64,000 nucleotides of DNA from Patescibacteria group bacterium (lineage in GTDB: Bacteria > Patescibacteriota > Patescibacteriia > JAXHNJ01), in the NCBI GenBank assembly GCA_041649715.1, contig JBAZMP010000001.1:82741-146740 (forward strand), written 5' to 3'. The notes below the pieces were generated by a model. That model did not search any database. It saw nothing but the letters and a program-made list of their open reading frames with translations, and was not told the origin of the DNA. Shown piece by piece: positions 8,610 to 17,661 of the stretch (within the stretch, counting starts at the first letter, position 1; each line of letters opens with the position of its first letter). The translations under genes and the position numbers were made by a program.

Positions 8610-9161
8610 ATGACTCCCAATATTTCTCCCTCGCACAGCGAGGACGAACTAACCCGAGTTTCGGACGCCAATTCCGAACAAACAATAAGAAAAAGCACGG
8701 CTTCAGGACCCAGCCAGGTCGCCCAAACGGTTTCCACGTCAACTTCGACGCCGACGAGCGAATCAACTAAGACTGAACGCACGGTTGGCGCCACGCCGGG
8801 CGCGGCCAAAGAATACGCCCAGAAAAAGACGCTTTTTCACGCCTACCAAGTAATTTGGTTCATTTTCGGCTTTATTGAAATTGTCCTTGCCTTCCGTTTC
8901 GTACTCAAAGTAATGGGCGCCAATCCTGACGCCGGATTCACCAAATTTGCCTACGGCTTAAGCTATCCGTTTGCCGCTCCATTCTTAAGTATTTTCCAAC
9001 CGACCGCCAATAAAGGCATTGAAACAACTTCTTTCTTTGAGTGGTCAACTATTGTGGCGGCGATCGTTTATGTCGTTATCACCTGGGGTATTACCAAAAT
9101 CTTTAAATTAGGCAAGCCGACTGATTCGAGAGAGGTCGTCGACACCGTTGACAGACAGTAG
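8610..9161 (+). CDS. YggT-like membrane protein
   Basis: LAFRFVLKVMGAN...F..F.Y.LS.PF.APF pattern; low-complexity N-terminus. Confidence 0.65.
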   Translation: MTPNISPSHSEDELTRVSDANSEQTIRKSTASGPSQVAQTVSTSTSTPTSESTKTERTVGATPGAAKEYAQKKTLFHAYQVIWFIFGFIEIVLAFRFVLKVMGANPDAGFTKFAYGLSYPFAAPFLSIFQPTANKGIETTSFFEWSTIVAAIVYVVITWGITKIFKLGKPTDSREVVDTVDRQ

Positions 9162-9298
9162 AGCCAGTAGGAGAATTCTTCATCTTCGTCAAATTATAAA
9201 AAAAAGGCGCTTACGCGCCTCTTTTTTATAATTTTGTGTGAAATTTGTTCCCTATCTAATCAGTGGCTCTGCGCCGCTGAAAAAAATAAATTTATCGT

Positions 9299-9423
9299 CT
9301 GGAGCCGGTTTTACGAAAAAGTTCGCACCTTTTTCGTCTGACCGGTCGGCGGGCGGCCGGTGCGCGGGGGGGTCGGCCGCCCGCCCTGTCCGCGCTTTTT
9401 CTTAAAAAGCCTTCCTTTTTCGT
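9299..9423. repeat. 125-bp inverted repeat with 14483-14608
   Basis: Identical except G7 vs C8 homopolymer. Confidence 0.93.
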
Positions 9424-9460
9424 GCCACGCTTCACGTGGCGCGCCGCAACTATAACAATG

Positions 9461-10045
9461 CTATAAACAATCACTTTTACTTATAGCAAAAAAGAAAGTT
9501 TGAGTTGAGTTTTGCACTTGATAAGAATATTCCATGTTTATATCTTGGTCTAGGAGATTATTCCTTGTTTCTGGTGTTTGGCAAGCATTGGGGGCGATGA
9601 TATTTTTCAGTGACTCATTTGTAAGTTGGCTTGTGTCAATATCATGGAGTGTATAAACATAACGAATTGCATTTGGTTCTGCTAAAATATCAGTCCAAGT
9701 CGTTACCGCATCAACTTGCTGAGGAAGTGTTGATTGGGCTTTTATTTCCTGGACGGATTCCTTGATAATATCCTGTTTAGAGTCGCCCCCTAAAATAGCG
9801 GAAGTACCGTTATATACAACATAACGAGCGACTAAAAATGCCATAATAAAAACTACTATGCCTATAACAGAGCCCACAAGTGATTTAATCTTTTTACTCT
9901 TTTTTCCTGGGGTTTTTTCTGATGTTTTGGGTGTTAATTCAGATTGAACGATTTTACCGCCGCAACTCTTGCAAAATTTTGCATTATCATTATTTTCGTT
10001 ACCACAATTTTTACAATATATTTTTTTCTCTTCGGTATTAGTCAT
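9461..10045 (-). CDS. Zinc-ribbon domain membrane protein
   Basis: CKNCG..N...AKFCKSCG followed by one TM helix. Confidence 0.8.
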   Translation of the reverse strand: MTNTEEKKIYCKNCGNENNDNAKFCKSCGGKIVQSELTPKTSEKTPGKKSKKIKSLVGSVIGIVVFIMAFLVARYVVYNGTSAILGGDSKQDIIKESVQEIKAQSTLPQQVDAVTTWTDILAEPNAIRYVYTLHDIDTSQLTNESLKNIIAPNACQTPETRNNLLDQDINMEYSYQVQNSTQTFFFAISKSDCL

Positions 10046-10226
10046 AAATTAGTAATTAAATATTATTTTATTTATTCTGCACGGCTAGGCTCCAGATAGC
10101 AAGCTTGATTTTATTAGGTAGGTTTTTAAGGGTATAGTATTTTTTGTGTACCGCTCTTGTCCCGTCGGATGACGGGATCACGGGGCGCGCCGCAATGGAT
10201 ATAAAAAATTGGTTAGGGTTTCTATG

Positions 10227-11102
10227 TTAATTCATTATATTATTATTTCGGAAAATATCAAGAAACGAGGGAGTTGCATGACCAAAAGAGTATGAAGCGT
10301 TTAGGGTTTCTATATATGCCTGTTCTTTATATATTTTTAGTAATTTTTTCCCCTCATCAGTAATTGGCACCTCTTTCTCATTGATTTTTATTACCTTATA
10401 GCCACTCACAATTGATACAAGGCGGCCAGTCCTGATATCAAAAATTGGGCCACCACTATTTCCAGGGTTGAAAGCCATTGTAAATTCATATAGGTATTTA
10501 TCTTTAGAAGTTTGATATCTACAGTTAATAACACCCTTGTCGACCCTAAGTAGTATGTTACCAATTAATGGTTTACTTAAATCATTATTGGCAAAATCCA
10601 ATTTGCACAAAGGATATCCCAAAACACCAACTTCCGACCCAATCGGTAAAAAATCTTTTGAGATTCTAACAAAATCATTTCTATCTGCTAATATTTTGTC
10701 GTCAACCTGATAGAATTCCTTATCTAAATTAAATATTGCTAAGTCAATCTCGGGGAAAATAAACAAATCTTTATTTATTTTTGGTTCATAAATTCTATAG
10801 TGCCAACTATTATCATCGTCGTGTTTTAACAAATAATATTTGTCACCATCATGGTGCTGAGACGACTCATCTTTTTGAGTATTACTAACAACATGAGCAG
10901 CGGTTAATAATTTCTCCTGTGCTGCCACAAAACCAGTCCCAAGTGTGGTCCACCTAATTACTTGTTGATCGTTAATTTTTTCACTTCTACCACGTACAAT
11001 TATATAAACTGATTTTTTTAGCCACCTCACACATTCAGAAAATGAATGAAATTTTTCTGGTCTTTTTGGGATTCTGATTTTTTTATCTTTTGACATATTC
11101 AC
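10227..11102 (-). CDS. Trypsin-like serine protease
   Basis: GTGF, TAAHV, DLA and PGNSGGP triad motifs; no signal peptide. Confidence 0.9.
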   Translation of the reverse strand: MNMSKDKKIRIPKRPEKFHSFSECVRWLKKSVYIIVRGRSEKINDQQVIRWTTLGTGFVAAQEKLLTAAHVVSNTQKDESSQHHDGDKYYLLKHDDDNSWHYRIYEPKINKDLFIFPEIDLAIFNLDKEFYQVDDKILADRNDFVRISKDFLPIGSEVGVLGYPLCKLDFANNDLSKPLIGNILLRVDKGVINCRYQTSKDKYLYEFTMAFNPGNSGGPIFDIRTGRLVSIVSGYKVIKINEKEVPITDEGKKLLKIYKEQAYIETLNASYSFGHATPSFLDIFRNNNIMN

Positions 11103-11135
11103 AACTTTAAAGGTGGGTTATTAAAAATCAATAAA

Positions 11136-13031
11136 CTACCTTTGGAATTTTTTTTCAACTAAGAATTTATGAATTTTATGCCCATATTGATTAACAAGCC
11201 TATTATGTTGGACGCTCACGGCGGCTGATGCCTCACCTAAAAATGGTTCCCCACTTTCAATTTTTCTTTTAGCAATTTCACGACAAACTGCTTCAACAAC
11301 TAGTTCAGCAAGCATAACTTGGCAGTGTCCTTCTTCTTGATTTTCGCCCTGTGGGCCAAAATACATTTCTACAGACGGTGCTTTTGTCGCAATAATTACT
11401 TGGCCACTAGATTGCTCAAACCTAACCCTTTGACGAGGATCAGCAATAGGACTGAAAGTAATTTCTCTAAATAAACCAGCTTTCTTTTTATCTGTAGGTT
11501 CTGGCGTTTTTCTTTTTGAAATGACTTTTACTAATGCCTCTGCTTGCAAGTTATTTGCAATTGCAGTGATTACTCCTTCTGCACCAACTTGTTTACCAAT
11601 AACATGGATCTGTGTAGTTACAATACCGCTTTCATCAGCACCTTTCTCATTTAGTACTATTTTAGGATTTATGACAATAACATTGTTATTGTCACTATTA
11701 ATTTTTATGGTCGCTCCAGGCGGTAATTTTAGGGGAACGATTACTTTAAGAGTAAGAGTTGCTTGGCAATCGACTACTAATTGACTATAGTCAGGGACAA
11801 AATCAAATCCATTTGGAGGTGGTTCATTAATAGTACCCTCCGACCCACCTGTCCCTTCGCCTTTAGTGTCTTCTAGCTCTAATTTAGCAATTTTATTTAA
11901 TTCAGGAAGGGCTGATTGAAAACGTTTTCTTGTTTTCTCACTCTCTAATTTATTTTCACTTTCTTTAGCCAATTTTTCCTCGTCTTTAACAAATTTTTCA
12001 ACTTCCTTACTAATTATTTGGTCAAGCGCTTTTGAAAAATTATCAGTCCAGTCTATGCCTTGTCGATCTGATCTAATAATTGGCCTTTGTTCTACTCTTA
12101 ATAGATGGTCAATATAATCTACGACTGCCCTTCCGTATAATCTTACGGCGTATATATTACCTTCAAATTTTTTAGTTAGTGTAATATCAAGAACCGCGCC
12201 CTTGGATTTTACTAAAATCCCGCTTTCCCTTAGCGGCCCTTCGTCATCATAGCTACTTAGTGGTTCATCAGACCTATAGAGTTCCAGATCAATTTTTGCC
12301 GCATTATAACCCGGCACAGTAAGTTCAGTATGCTCATATAATTTCCCTTTTGGTAATATATACGATAGTTCCTCTTGCCTTTTAATTTTCTCTCTCCCAT
12401 TCTTTTCGATTAGGACTACTTCTCTCATTTTGCTGCTCATTATGTCTCGCAGACTATAATAATGCTCCAATTGCCTTTTTAAATTATCATATTGCGGAAT
12501 TCTAATTTGAGAATTTAGAGCTTTTAGAGTTATACAGGTTCCGTTACTCTCAATTCCGATATCTTTTCGCATCTGTTTTGTGACTTTACATGGTATATAG
12601 CGTTTATAGTTAAGATGTTCAAGAATGCATTTGTTATACGATTGCTCTATAACTGATTCAACGGTACCATAACCAAAAGCGATCATGGCTTCTTTTAATC
12701 CTCTGCCCCAATACCCTCTTCCAGCTTGTTCTTCCGTAAATTCACTTGTATCGCCACCATATTCAGCGACGCGCTCATCCATCTTAAACTCATTAAAACC
12801 CTCGGCATAATCGATTACTCGCACTACTGATCCTTGACGTTTTCTGATAAGTTCAATTATTATTTTTCCACTATTTTTAATATTTTTATTCTCAAGTCGT
12901 CGATAGGAGTCATCACAATTTGTGATTAACTCAATAAGTGCCAAAACCGCATTATTTTTAATTGTGGCTCTAGCTTGTTGTTCGGCAACACGTTGATGTA
13001 AGTGAATTTGTTTATTGACTGCGATGTCCAT
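11136..13031 (-). CDS. GHKL (Hsp90/MORC-like) ATPase with a C-terminal beta-rich Ig-like region
   Basis: ELITNCDDS (N box), DYAEG, GYWGRGLK, NGT motifs; start MDIAV at 13031 preferred. Confidence 0.85.
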   Translation of the reverse strand: MDIAVNKQIHLHQRVAEQQARATIKNNAVLALIELITNCDDSYRRLENKNIKNSGKIIIELIRKRQGSVVRVIDYAEGFNEFKMDERVAEYGGDTSEFTEEQAGRGYWGRGLKEAMIAFGYGTVESVIEQSYNKCILEHLNYKRYIPCKVTKQMRKDIGIESNGTCITLKALNSQIRIPQYDNLKRQLEHYYSLRDIMSSKMREVVLIEKNGREKIKRQEELSYILPKGKLYEHTELTVPGYNAAKIDLELYRSDEPLSSYDDEGPLRESGILVKSKGAVLDITLTKKFEGNIYAVRLYGRAVVDYIDHLLRVEQRPIIRSDRQGIDWTDNFSKALDQIISKEVEKFVKDEEKLAKESENKLESEKTRKRFQSALPELNKIAKLELEDTKGEGTGGSEGTINEPPPNGFDFVPDYSQLVVDCQATLTLKVIVPLKLPPGATIKINSDNNNVIVINPKIVLNEKGADESGIVTTQIHVIGKQVGAEGVITAIANNLQAEALVKVISKRKTPEPTDKKKAGLFREITFSPIADPRQRVRFEQSSGQVIIATKAPSVEMYFGPQGENQEEGHCQVMLAELVVEAVCREIAKRKIESGEPFLGEASAAVSVQHNRLVNQYGHKIHKFLVEKKFQR

Positions 13032-13035
13032 AAAA

Positions 13036-13704
13036 TTAATTCTTAATTTTGCGTCTATGCATGCCACCTACGTATTTTTTATCTAACTCCATAGGTGAGT
13101 TAAGCAGCCTGGAGAATCTCGTTTCGCACATTTTAAGAAATTCTACCAAGTCATTTCTGTTATAATCTTCGACAGCTTCAAATAATTGTTGTAAGTTTTT
13201 TCTCCTCGTTTCCGGAAGGGAATCGAGGGTACAGTATATTAAATCACAAAACTCAAATTCGGATATCTTTATTGTATTTCCAACTCTAAGATACTCTTTA
13301 TATTTACTATTTTCTTCCAGTTGTTTAACTAATCGACCACTTTTTGTCCTTCGGTCGCCTTTAATCGCAAGTAGTTTCTTTGTGTCTATTTCGTGAGCTC
13401 CAAGAACTTTACGAATCTTTTGAACGATATTTAAACCTCGGCCCGTAATTTCGAATCCCTGAGCCTTACTGCCTGTAATTAAGCCTTTGTCTGTTCTACA
13501 TCTTAACCAACATTTTTCAACCTGAGATGAATCAGGATATTTTGAAATATAACCAGGCAATCCGAATCTTTGTGGAAAAAGCTCATAACATTCAACAACA
13601 AGATTCTCAAAGTTTGTTACTTTATTCCTCTGGATTAATGAGTATAAGGCAAATACTAATAAATCATCATAAGGAATTTTATTATAAATTTTTGGGTCAA
13701 ACAT
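13036..13704 (-). CDS. Hypothetical protein, probable N-terminal winged helix
   Basis: Helical N-terminus ending GLITGS...FEITGRG, typical of wHTH wings; operonic spacing. Confidence 0.6.
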   Translation of the reverse strand: MFDPKIYNKIPYDDLLVFALYSLIQRNKVTNFENLVVECYELFPQRFGLPGYISKYPDSSQVEKCWLRCRTDKGLITGSKAQGFEITGRGLNIVQKIRKVLGAHEIDTKKLLAIKGDRRTKSGRLVKQLEENSKYKEYLRVGNTIKISEFEFCDLIYCTLDSLPETRRKNLQQLFEAVEDYNRNDLVEFLKMCETRFSRLLNSPMELDKKYVGGMHRRKIKN

Positions 13705-13712
13705 AATATTAT

Positions 13713-13952
13713 CTATTTAAGCTTAAATCTTTGATCTTTGGTTGTGTGGTGAAATTTTGATTTAACGTCGCGGACCATTTTTTCAATAGAATCAAAAATT
13801 TTTCGGACATCACTTTCCGTATAATCATATGCTTGACGATTCGCACAATTCCCTAAAATCATAAGTTTATTTAAAACTTCATTTGTTCTGTATTCGGCAA
13901 GTCTTTTAAATCTATCTGCTTTTGACTCGTTAATTGGGGGTTTGGGTTTCAT
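13713..13952 (-). CDS. Small helical hypothetical protein
   Basis: 79 aa; first gene of a tightly packed operon. Confidence 0.7.
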   Translation of the reverse strand: MKPKPPINESKADRFKRLAEYRTNEVLNKLMILGNCANRQAYDYTESDVRKIFDSIEKMVRDVKSKFHHTTKDQRFKLK

Positions 13953-14130
13953 TGTATTTTTTTAAATCTTAAATTATTGAATTACTTATGAGTTTACTTA
14001 AAGGTTAAAAAATGGTTATATCATCTAAAAATTAGTCTAATACCATTAGTAATCATTGTCAAGATATAATATTGTGGATAACTAAAAAAGACCGAATTAA
14101 ATCGGCTAATATTAGCGAAAAAATACTATT

Positions 14131-14352
14131 CTAATTAATAAAGTAATAAATCTGCTTTTTATATATTTCGGCAAAGCGCTTTAATTCAATAATATCCACT
14201 CTTTGGTCCCCCGCCTCAACCTTTGATATATAGGATTGAGGCTCTTTAAGTTTATTGGCGACCTGTATTTGGGTTAATCCGGCCTCAATACGAGCTTTTT
14301 TTAGCTTTTGGATCAGTTTTTTATACTCTTCAAAATATATTGTGCTTGACAT
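14131..14352 (-). CDS. XRE-family HTH regulator
   Basis: LKKAR..AGLTQ.QVA..L...QSYISKVE.G. Confidence 0.9.
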   Translation of the reverse strand: MSSTIYFEEYKKLIQKLKKARIEAGLTQIQVANKLKEPQSYISKVEAGDQRVDIIELKRFAEIYKKQIYYFIN

Positions 14353-14482
14353 GGTTATATGATATATTCAAATTAAGAATATTCAAAATTAGAATATTAC
14401 AAAAGGGGAGTAAAGACGTGCGTATGGGTGGGCGGGGCAAACGTTAAGAGGTTTAAAAGCGGCGCATCTCCCGAAGGGAGAT

Positions 14483-14694
14483 ACGAAAAAGGAAGGCTTT
14501 TTAAGAAAAAGCGCGGACAGGGCGGGCGGCCGACCCCCCCCGCGCACCGGCCGCCCGCCGACCGGTCAGACGAAAAAGGTGCGAACTTTTTCGTAAAACC
14601 GGCTCCAGTTCGTAAATTGCGATTTTTTTGTGGCGAATAACCACTGATTAGATAATAAAATTAGGGCTTTTTGCCCGAAGACTTGGAAGTTCGA
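14483..14694 (-). repeat. Inverted, fully reconstituted attP-like junction
   Basis: Reverse complement of 16139-16231 joined through CTGGAGC to 9299-9423. Confidence 0.9.
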
Positions 14695-14773
14695 CACCCG
14701 CGACGACGGGGGGCTCCGCCGGAGGCGGAGCAGCCAATTTTTCTAAGTTTAAATAAAAGCGAAAGCGACAACT

Positions 14774-16237
14774 ATGAAATATTTAATTTACGCCAGAAAA
14801 TCAACGGACGAGGACGACCGGCAAGTATTGTCCATAGAATCGCAAATAACAGAATTAAGAGAATTTGCCGTCAAGGAAAATTTAGAAATTATTGATGAAT
14901 ACATAGAAAGCAAGACGGCCAAAGCGCCCGGTCGTCCTCTTTTTAATAAAATGATAGAACGAATTGAAAAAAACGGTCCCATGGGAATTTTGGCGTGGCA
15001 TCCCGACCGATTGGCGAGAAACAGCATTGACGGAGGGAAAATTATTTATTTGGTTGATACCGGCAAAATCGGCGGTTTAAAGTTTCCCACTTTTTGGTTT
15101 GATGCCACGCCGCAGGGAAAATTCATGCTTAATATCGCTTTCGGCCAGAGCAAATACTATATTGATAACTTGTGTGAAAACATCAAGCGCGGCATACGCC
15201 AGAAATTAAGAAGAGGCGAATGGCCAGGGCTCGCGCCATTAGGGTATCTCAACGAATTGCGCCACCATACAATTATTAAAGACCCCGAGCGTTGGCCCAT
15301 AGTCAAAAAACTCTTTGAGGCGTATGCCGCGGGCAATCATACTTTGGAAAGTTTAAAACAGTTGTCGCTTTCGCTGGGCTTGGTGAGCCGAAGGTCCGGA
15401 AAACCGATAGTCATCACGATACTTTCGGATATGCTGACCAATCCGTTTTATTACGGCGTATTCGAGCACAGCGGTGAAATGCACCAGGGGACGCACGAGC
15501 CGATCATTACCAAACGGCTTTTTGACGCCGTTCAAAAAATCCATAATACCAAGCGCAAGACAAGAGTAAGAAAAGAGCTGATTCCTTTCGCTTTCCGAGG
15601 CGTATTTACCTGCGGCGAGTGCGGCCGAATGATTACGGCGGAAAGAAAGAAAAAGCCGTCAGGATTGAAATATATTTATTACCGCTGTACGAAAAAGAAT
15701 GTTGTTTGTTCCCAGAAATTCCTGGAAGAAAGGCGATTGGTCAGCCAGATTAATAAAACTATTGCGAGCGTCGCCCTTCCCGAAGATTGGAAAGACAAGA
15801 TGATAAAAAGGGTTGACGAAGAGATAAAGCAAGCTAAAACCAAACATCAAGGCGAGATTGTAGTGTTAAAAAATGAGCAAGCTAAGTTAGAATCAAAGCT
15901 TTTGCGACTGCTTGACGAACGGCTTGATCAGGCAATTTCCAAGCAGATTTTTTCCCAAGCAAAACAAAAAATCGTCAACCGGCAGGTTGAGATTAAAGAA
16001 TTGTTGGATGGGTTTAAACGGAAGGGCGACGCTCGGCTCGAACTCTTTAAAGAGTGGATTTTAGAGGCTCACCAAGCCCCTTTTATCGCAAAGCAGGAAA
16101 ATTTAGAAGTTAAGAGAAATTATATACAAAAAATTGGCTCGAACTTCCAAGTCTTCGGGCAAAAAGCCCTAATTTTATTATCTAATCAGTGGTTATTCGC
16201 CACAAAAAAATCGCAATTTACGAACTGGAGCGGGTGA
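14774..16237 (+). CDS. Large serine recombinase
   Basis: YARKST catalytic motif, DRLARN, recombinase domain, CGECG/YYRC zinc ribbon, coiled coil. Confidence 0.95.
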   Translation: MKYLIYARKSTDEDDRQVLSIESQITELREFAVKENLEIIDEYIESKTAKAPGRPLFNKMIERIEKNGPMGILAWHPDRLARNSIDGGKIIYLVDTGKIGGLKFPTFWFDATPQGKFMLNIAFGQSKYYIDNLCENIKRGIRQKLRRGEWPGLAPLGYLNELRHHTIIKDPERWPIVKKLFEAYAAGNHTLESLKQLSLSLGLVSRRSGKPIVITILSDMLTNPFYYGVFEHSGEMHQGTHEPIITKRLFDAVQKIHNTKRKTRVRKELIPFAFRGVFTCGECGRMITAERKKKPSGLKYIYYRCTKKNVVCSQKFLEERRLVSQINKTIASVALPEDWKDKMIKRVDEEIKQAKTKHQGEIVVLKNEQAKLESKLLRLLDERLDQAISKQIFSQAKQKIVNRQVEIKELLDGFKRKGDARLELFKEWILEAHQAPFIAKQENLEVKRNYIQKIGSNFQVFGQKALILLSNQWLFATKKSQFTNWSG

Positions 16238-16301
16238 GCGGAGTCGAACCGCCGACCTTCTCCTTGGCAAGGAGACGTTCTAGCCACTGAACTACACCCG
16301 C
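16226..16301 (-). tRNA. tRNA-Gly(GCC)
   Basis: Cloverleaf on the minus strand, loop TTGCCAA, CCA. Confidence 0.95.
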
Positions 16302-16312
16302 ATGGTTTTTTA

Positions 16313-16384
16313 AGGTCACGGGCGGATTCGAACCGCCGAATAACGGTTTTGCAGACCGTTGCCTTACCACTTGGCTACGTGACC
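16313..16384 (-). tRNA. tRNA-Cys(GCA)
   Basis: GGTCACG acceptor stem, loop CTGCAAA. Confidence 0.94.
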
Positions 16385-16436
16385 ATAGTTTATAACTGTG
16401 ATAATTCCTTTTTGAAAATAAAGTTCATTTTCGAAG

Positions 16437-16485
16437 ACCACTTTCCGCCCAAGGCGGACCCGCCTCTGGCGGGGGCTACGTGACC
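16437..16485 (-). pseudogene. Copy of the tRNA-Cys 5' end, interrupted by a 30-bp twin hairpin (16444-16473)
   Basis: ACCACTT|TCCGCCCAAGGCGGACCCGCCTCTGGCGGG|GGCTACGTGACC. Confidence 0.88.
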
Positions 16486-16531
16486 GAAACGGTATTTAAT
16501 ATTCTAGCAAATTCCTTAGAATTTACAAGGC

Positions 16532-17029
16532 TCAAAGAGTGATTTCCCGAAATTCATTTTTCATATTTTTGAGATCAAAAACGGCGAAGGAGGGGTATTG
16601 GAACATGCCGCCGGCCGTGCCGGGATTTAGCAGATATGTGTTTTTTATTTTTTCAAAAGTTTTTAAATGAGTATGGCCATAGCAGACCAGATCAAAACGG
16701 CCGGCGGACACGAATTTTTTCGCCTGGTCGGGAAAGTGGGTCAGCGCGATCTTTTTGCCGTCAAGGATAAATTCTCCGGCTTGACCGTAGTGTGTGACCT
16801 TGCTTTTGTTTTCCTCGGCCACTATTTTTTCCCGTTCGCGGTCGGCGACGTTTCCGTAGACGAGATTAATGTGGCCGTCAAAATCTTCGGCCATTTTCGC
16901 AAGCATTATCGGCGAAGCCAAATCACCGCAGTAGATCAAATTTGCTATCTTTTCTTTTTTAATGATTTTACTGATGATTTGCCAATCAGCATAATTATCG
17001 TGCAGATCGGATAAAATGGCGATTTTCAT
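16532..17029 (-). CDS. YfcE-family metallophosphoesterase
   Basis: SDLHDN, CGD, GN, GHTH, NPG motifs. Confidence 0.9.
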   Translation of the reverse strand: MKIAILSDLHDNYADWQIISKIIKKEKIANLIYCGDLASPIMLAKMAEDFDGHINLVYGNVADREREKIVAEENKSKVTHYGQAGEFILDGKKIALTHFPDQAKKFVSAGRFDLVCYGHTHLKTFEKIKNTYLLNPGTAGGMFQYPSFAVFDLKNMKNEFREITL

Positions 17030-17033
17030 AGAT

Positions 17034-17660
17034 TTAGATATAGCCCTTTATTTTGAATAATATTATGGCGCCGTATTCGCGGATCATTTGTTTGAAATAA
17101 ATTATTTTATCCCAAGGTCCCTGGCGGAAAAGCAGGGATTTATTAACGGGCTGGCAGTAAATTTCAGCCGTAAGTTTTTCAAAAATTGCGCAAGCCCTTT
17201 TCGTATGATACGGCGAGGTGACAACCAGGGCATTTTTGTCGCCCCGATTAGCCATGATTGCCAGCGAATTGACGGCATTTTCGTAAGTATTTTTTGAAGC
17301 GGATTCTTTGAGGATCTTGAGCGGGTCGGCACCGATAGAGAGGGCGTAGCCGGTCATTATATCGCTTTCCGTCCAGAGGCGGTTTTTGGCCTGGCCGCCG
17401 GCCAGAAGCAAATAAGGGGCGTATTCTTCTTGCGACAAGACGACACCCATTTTCACTCTTTCCTGGGTTTGTTTGTTCAGTGTTCCGTCTTTTTTAATCC
17501 CGCCGCCCAGAACGATAATGACATCGCTTTTTTGGCGGCCATCTTTTTTAACAAGCGGCTGCGCTAGTAAGTCATTGAACGGCGTGATCTCGATGGCGAG
17601 GAATAAAATTATCAAGAAACTGCCGAAAAAATAAAGGAATTTTTGCCATTTATTGCCCAT
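17034..17660 (-). CDS. YdcF/DUF218 family protein
   Basis: IVLGGG, S.NTYENA, VTSPYH..RA, REY. Confidence 0.88.
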   Translation of the reverse strand: MGNKWQKFLYFFGSFLIILFLAIEITPFNDLLAQPLVKKDGRQKSDVIIVLGGGIKKDGTLNKQTQERVKMGVVLSQEEYAPYLLLAGGQAKNRLWTESDIMTGYALSIGADPLKILKESASKNTYENAVNSLAIMANRGDKNALVVTSPYHTKRACAIFEKLTAEIYCQPVNKSLLFRQGPWDKIIYFKQMIREYGAIILFKIKGYI

Positions 17661-17661
17661 A

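Larger units (their letters stand above)
9253..16231. mobile_element. Serine-recombinase integrative island at the 3' end of tRNA-Gly(GCC)
   Basis: Bounded by direct TATCTAATCAGTGG...CTGGAGC copies (9253-9305; 16179-16231); AT-rich cargo; recombinase overlaps the tRNA. Confidence 0.85.

Noticed and set aside
14428-14640. Short ORFs 14428..14640 and 9292..9474
   Set aside because: Translations of the GC-rich att repeat, with no protein-like features
9253-16231. Diversity-generating retroelement (TR/VR-like repeats of a gene 3' end)
   Set aside because: No reverse transcriptase; the inner copy is exact and inverted, and differences in the outer copy are not adenine-specific
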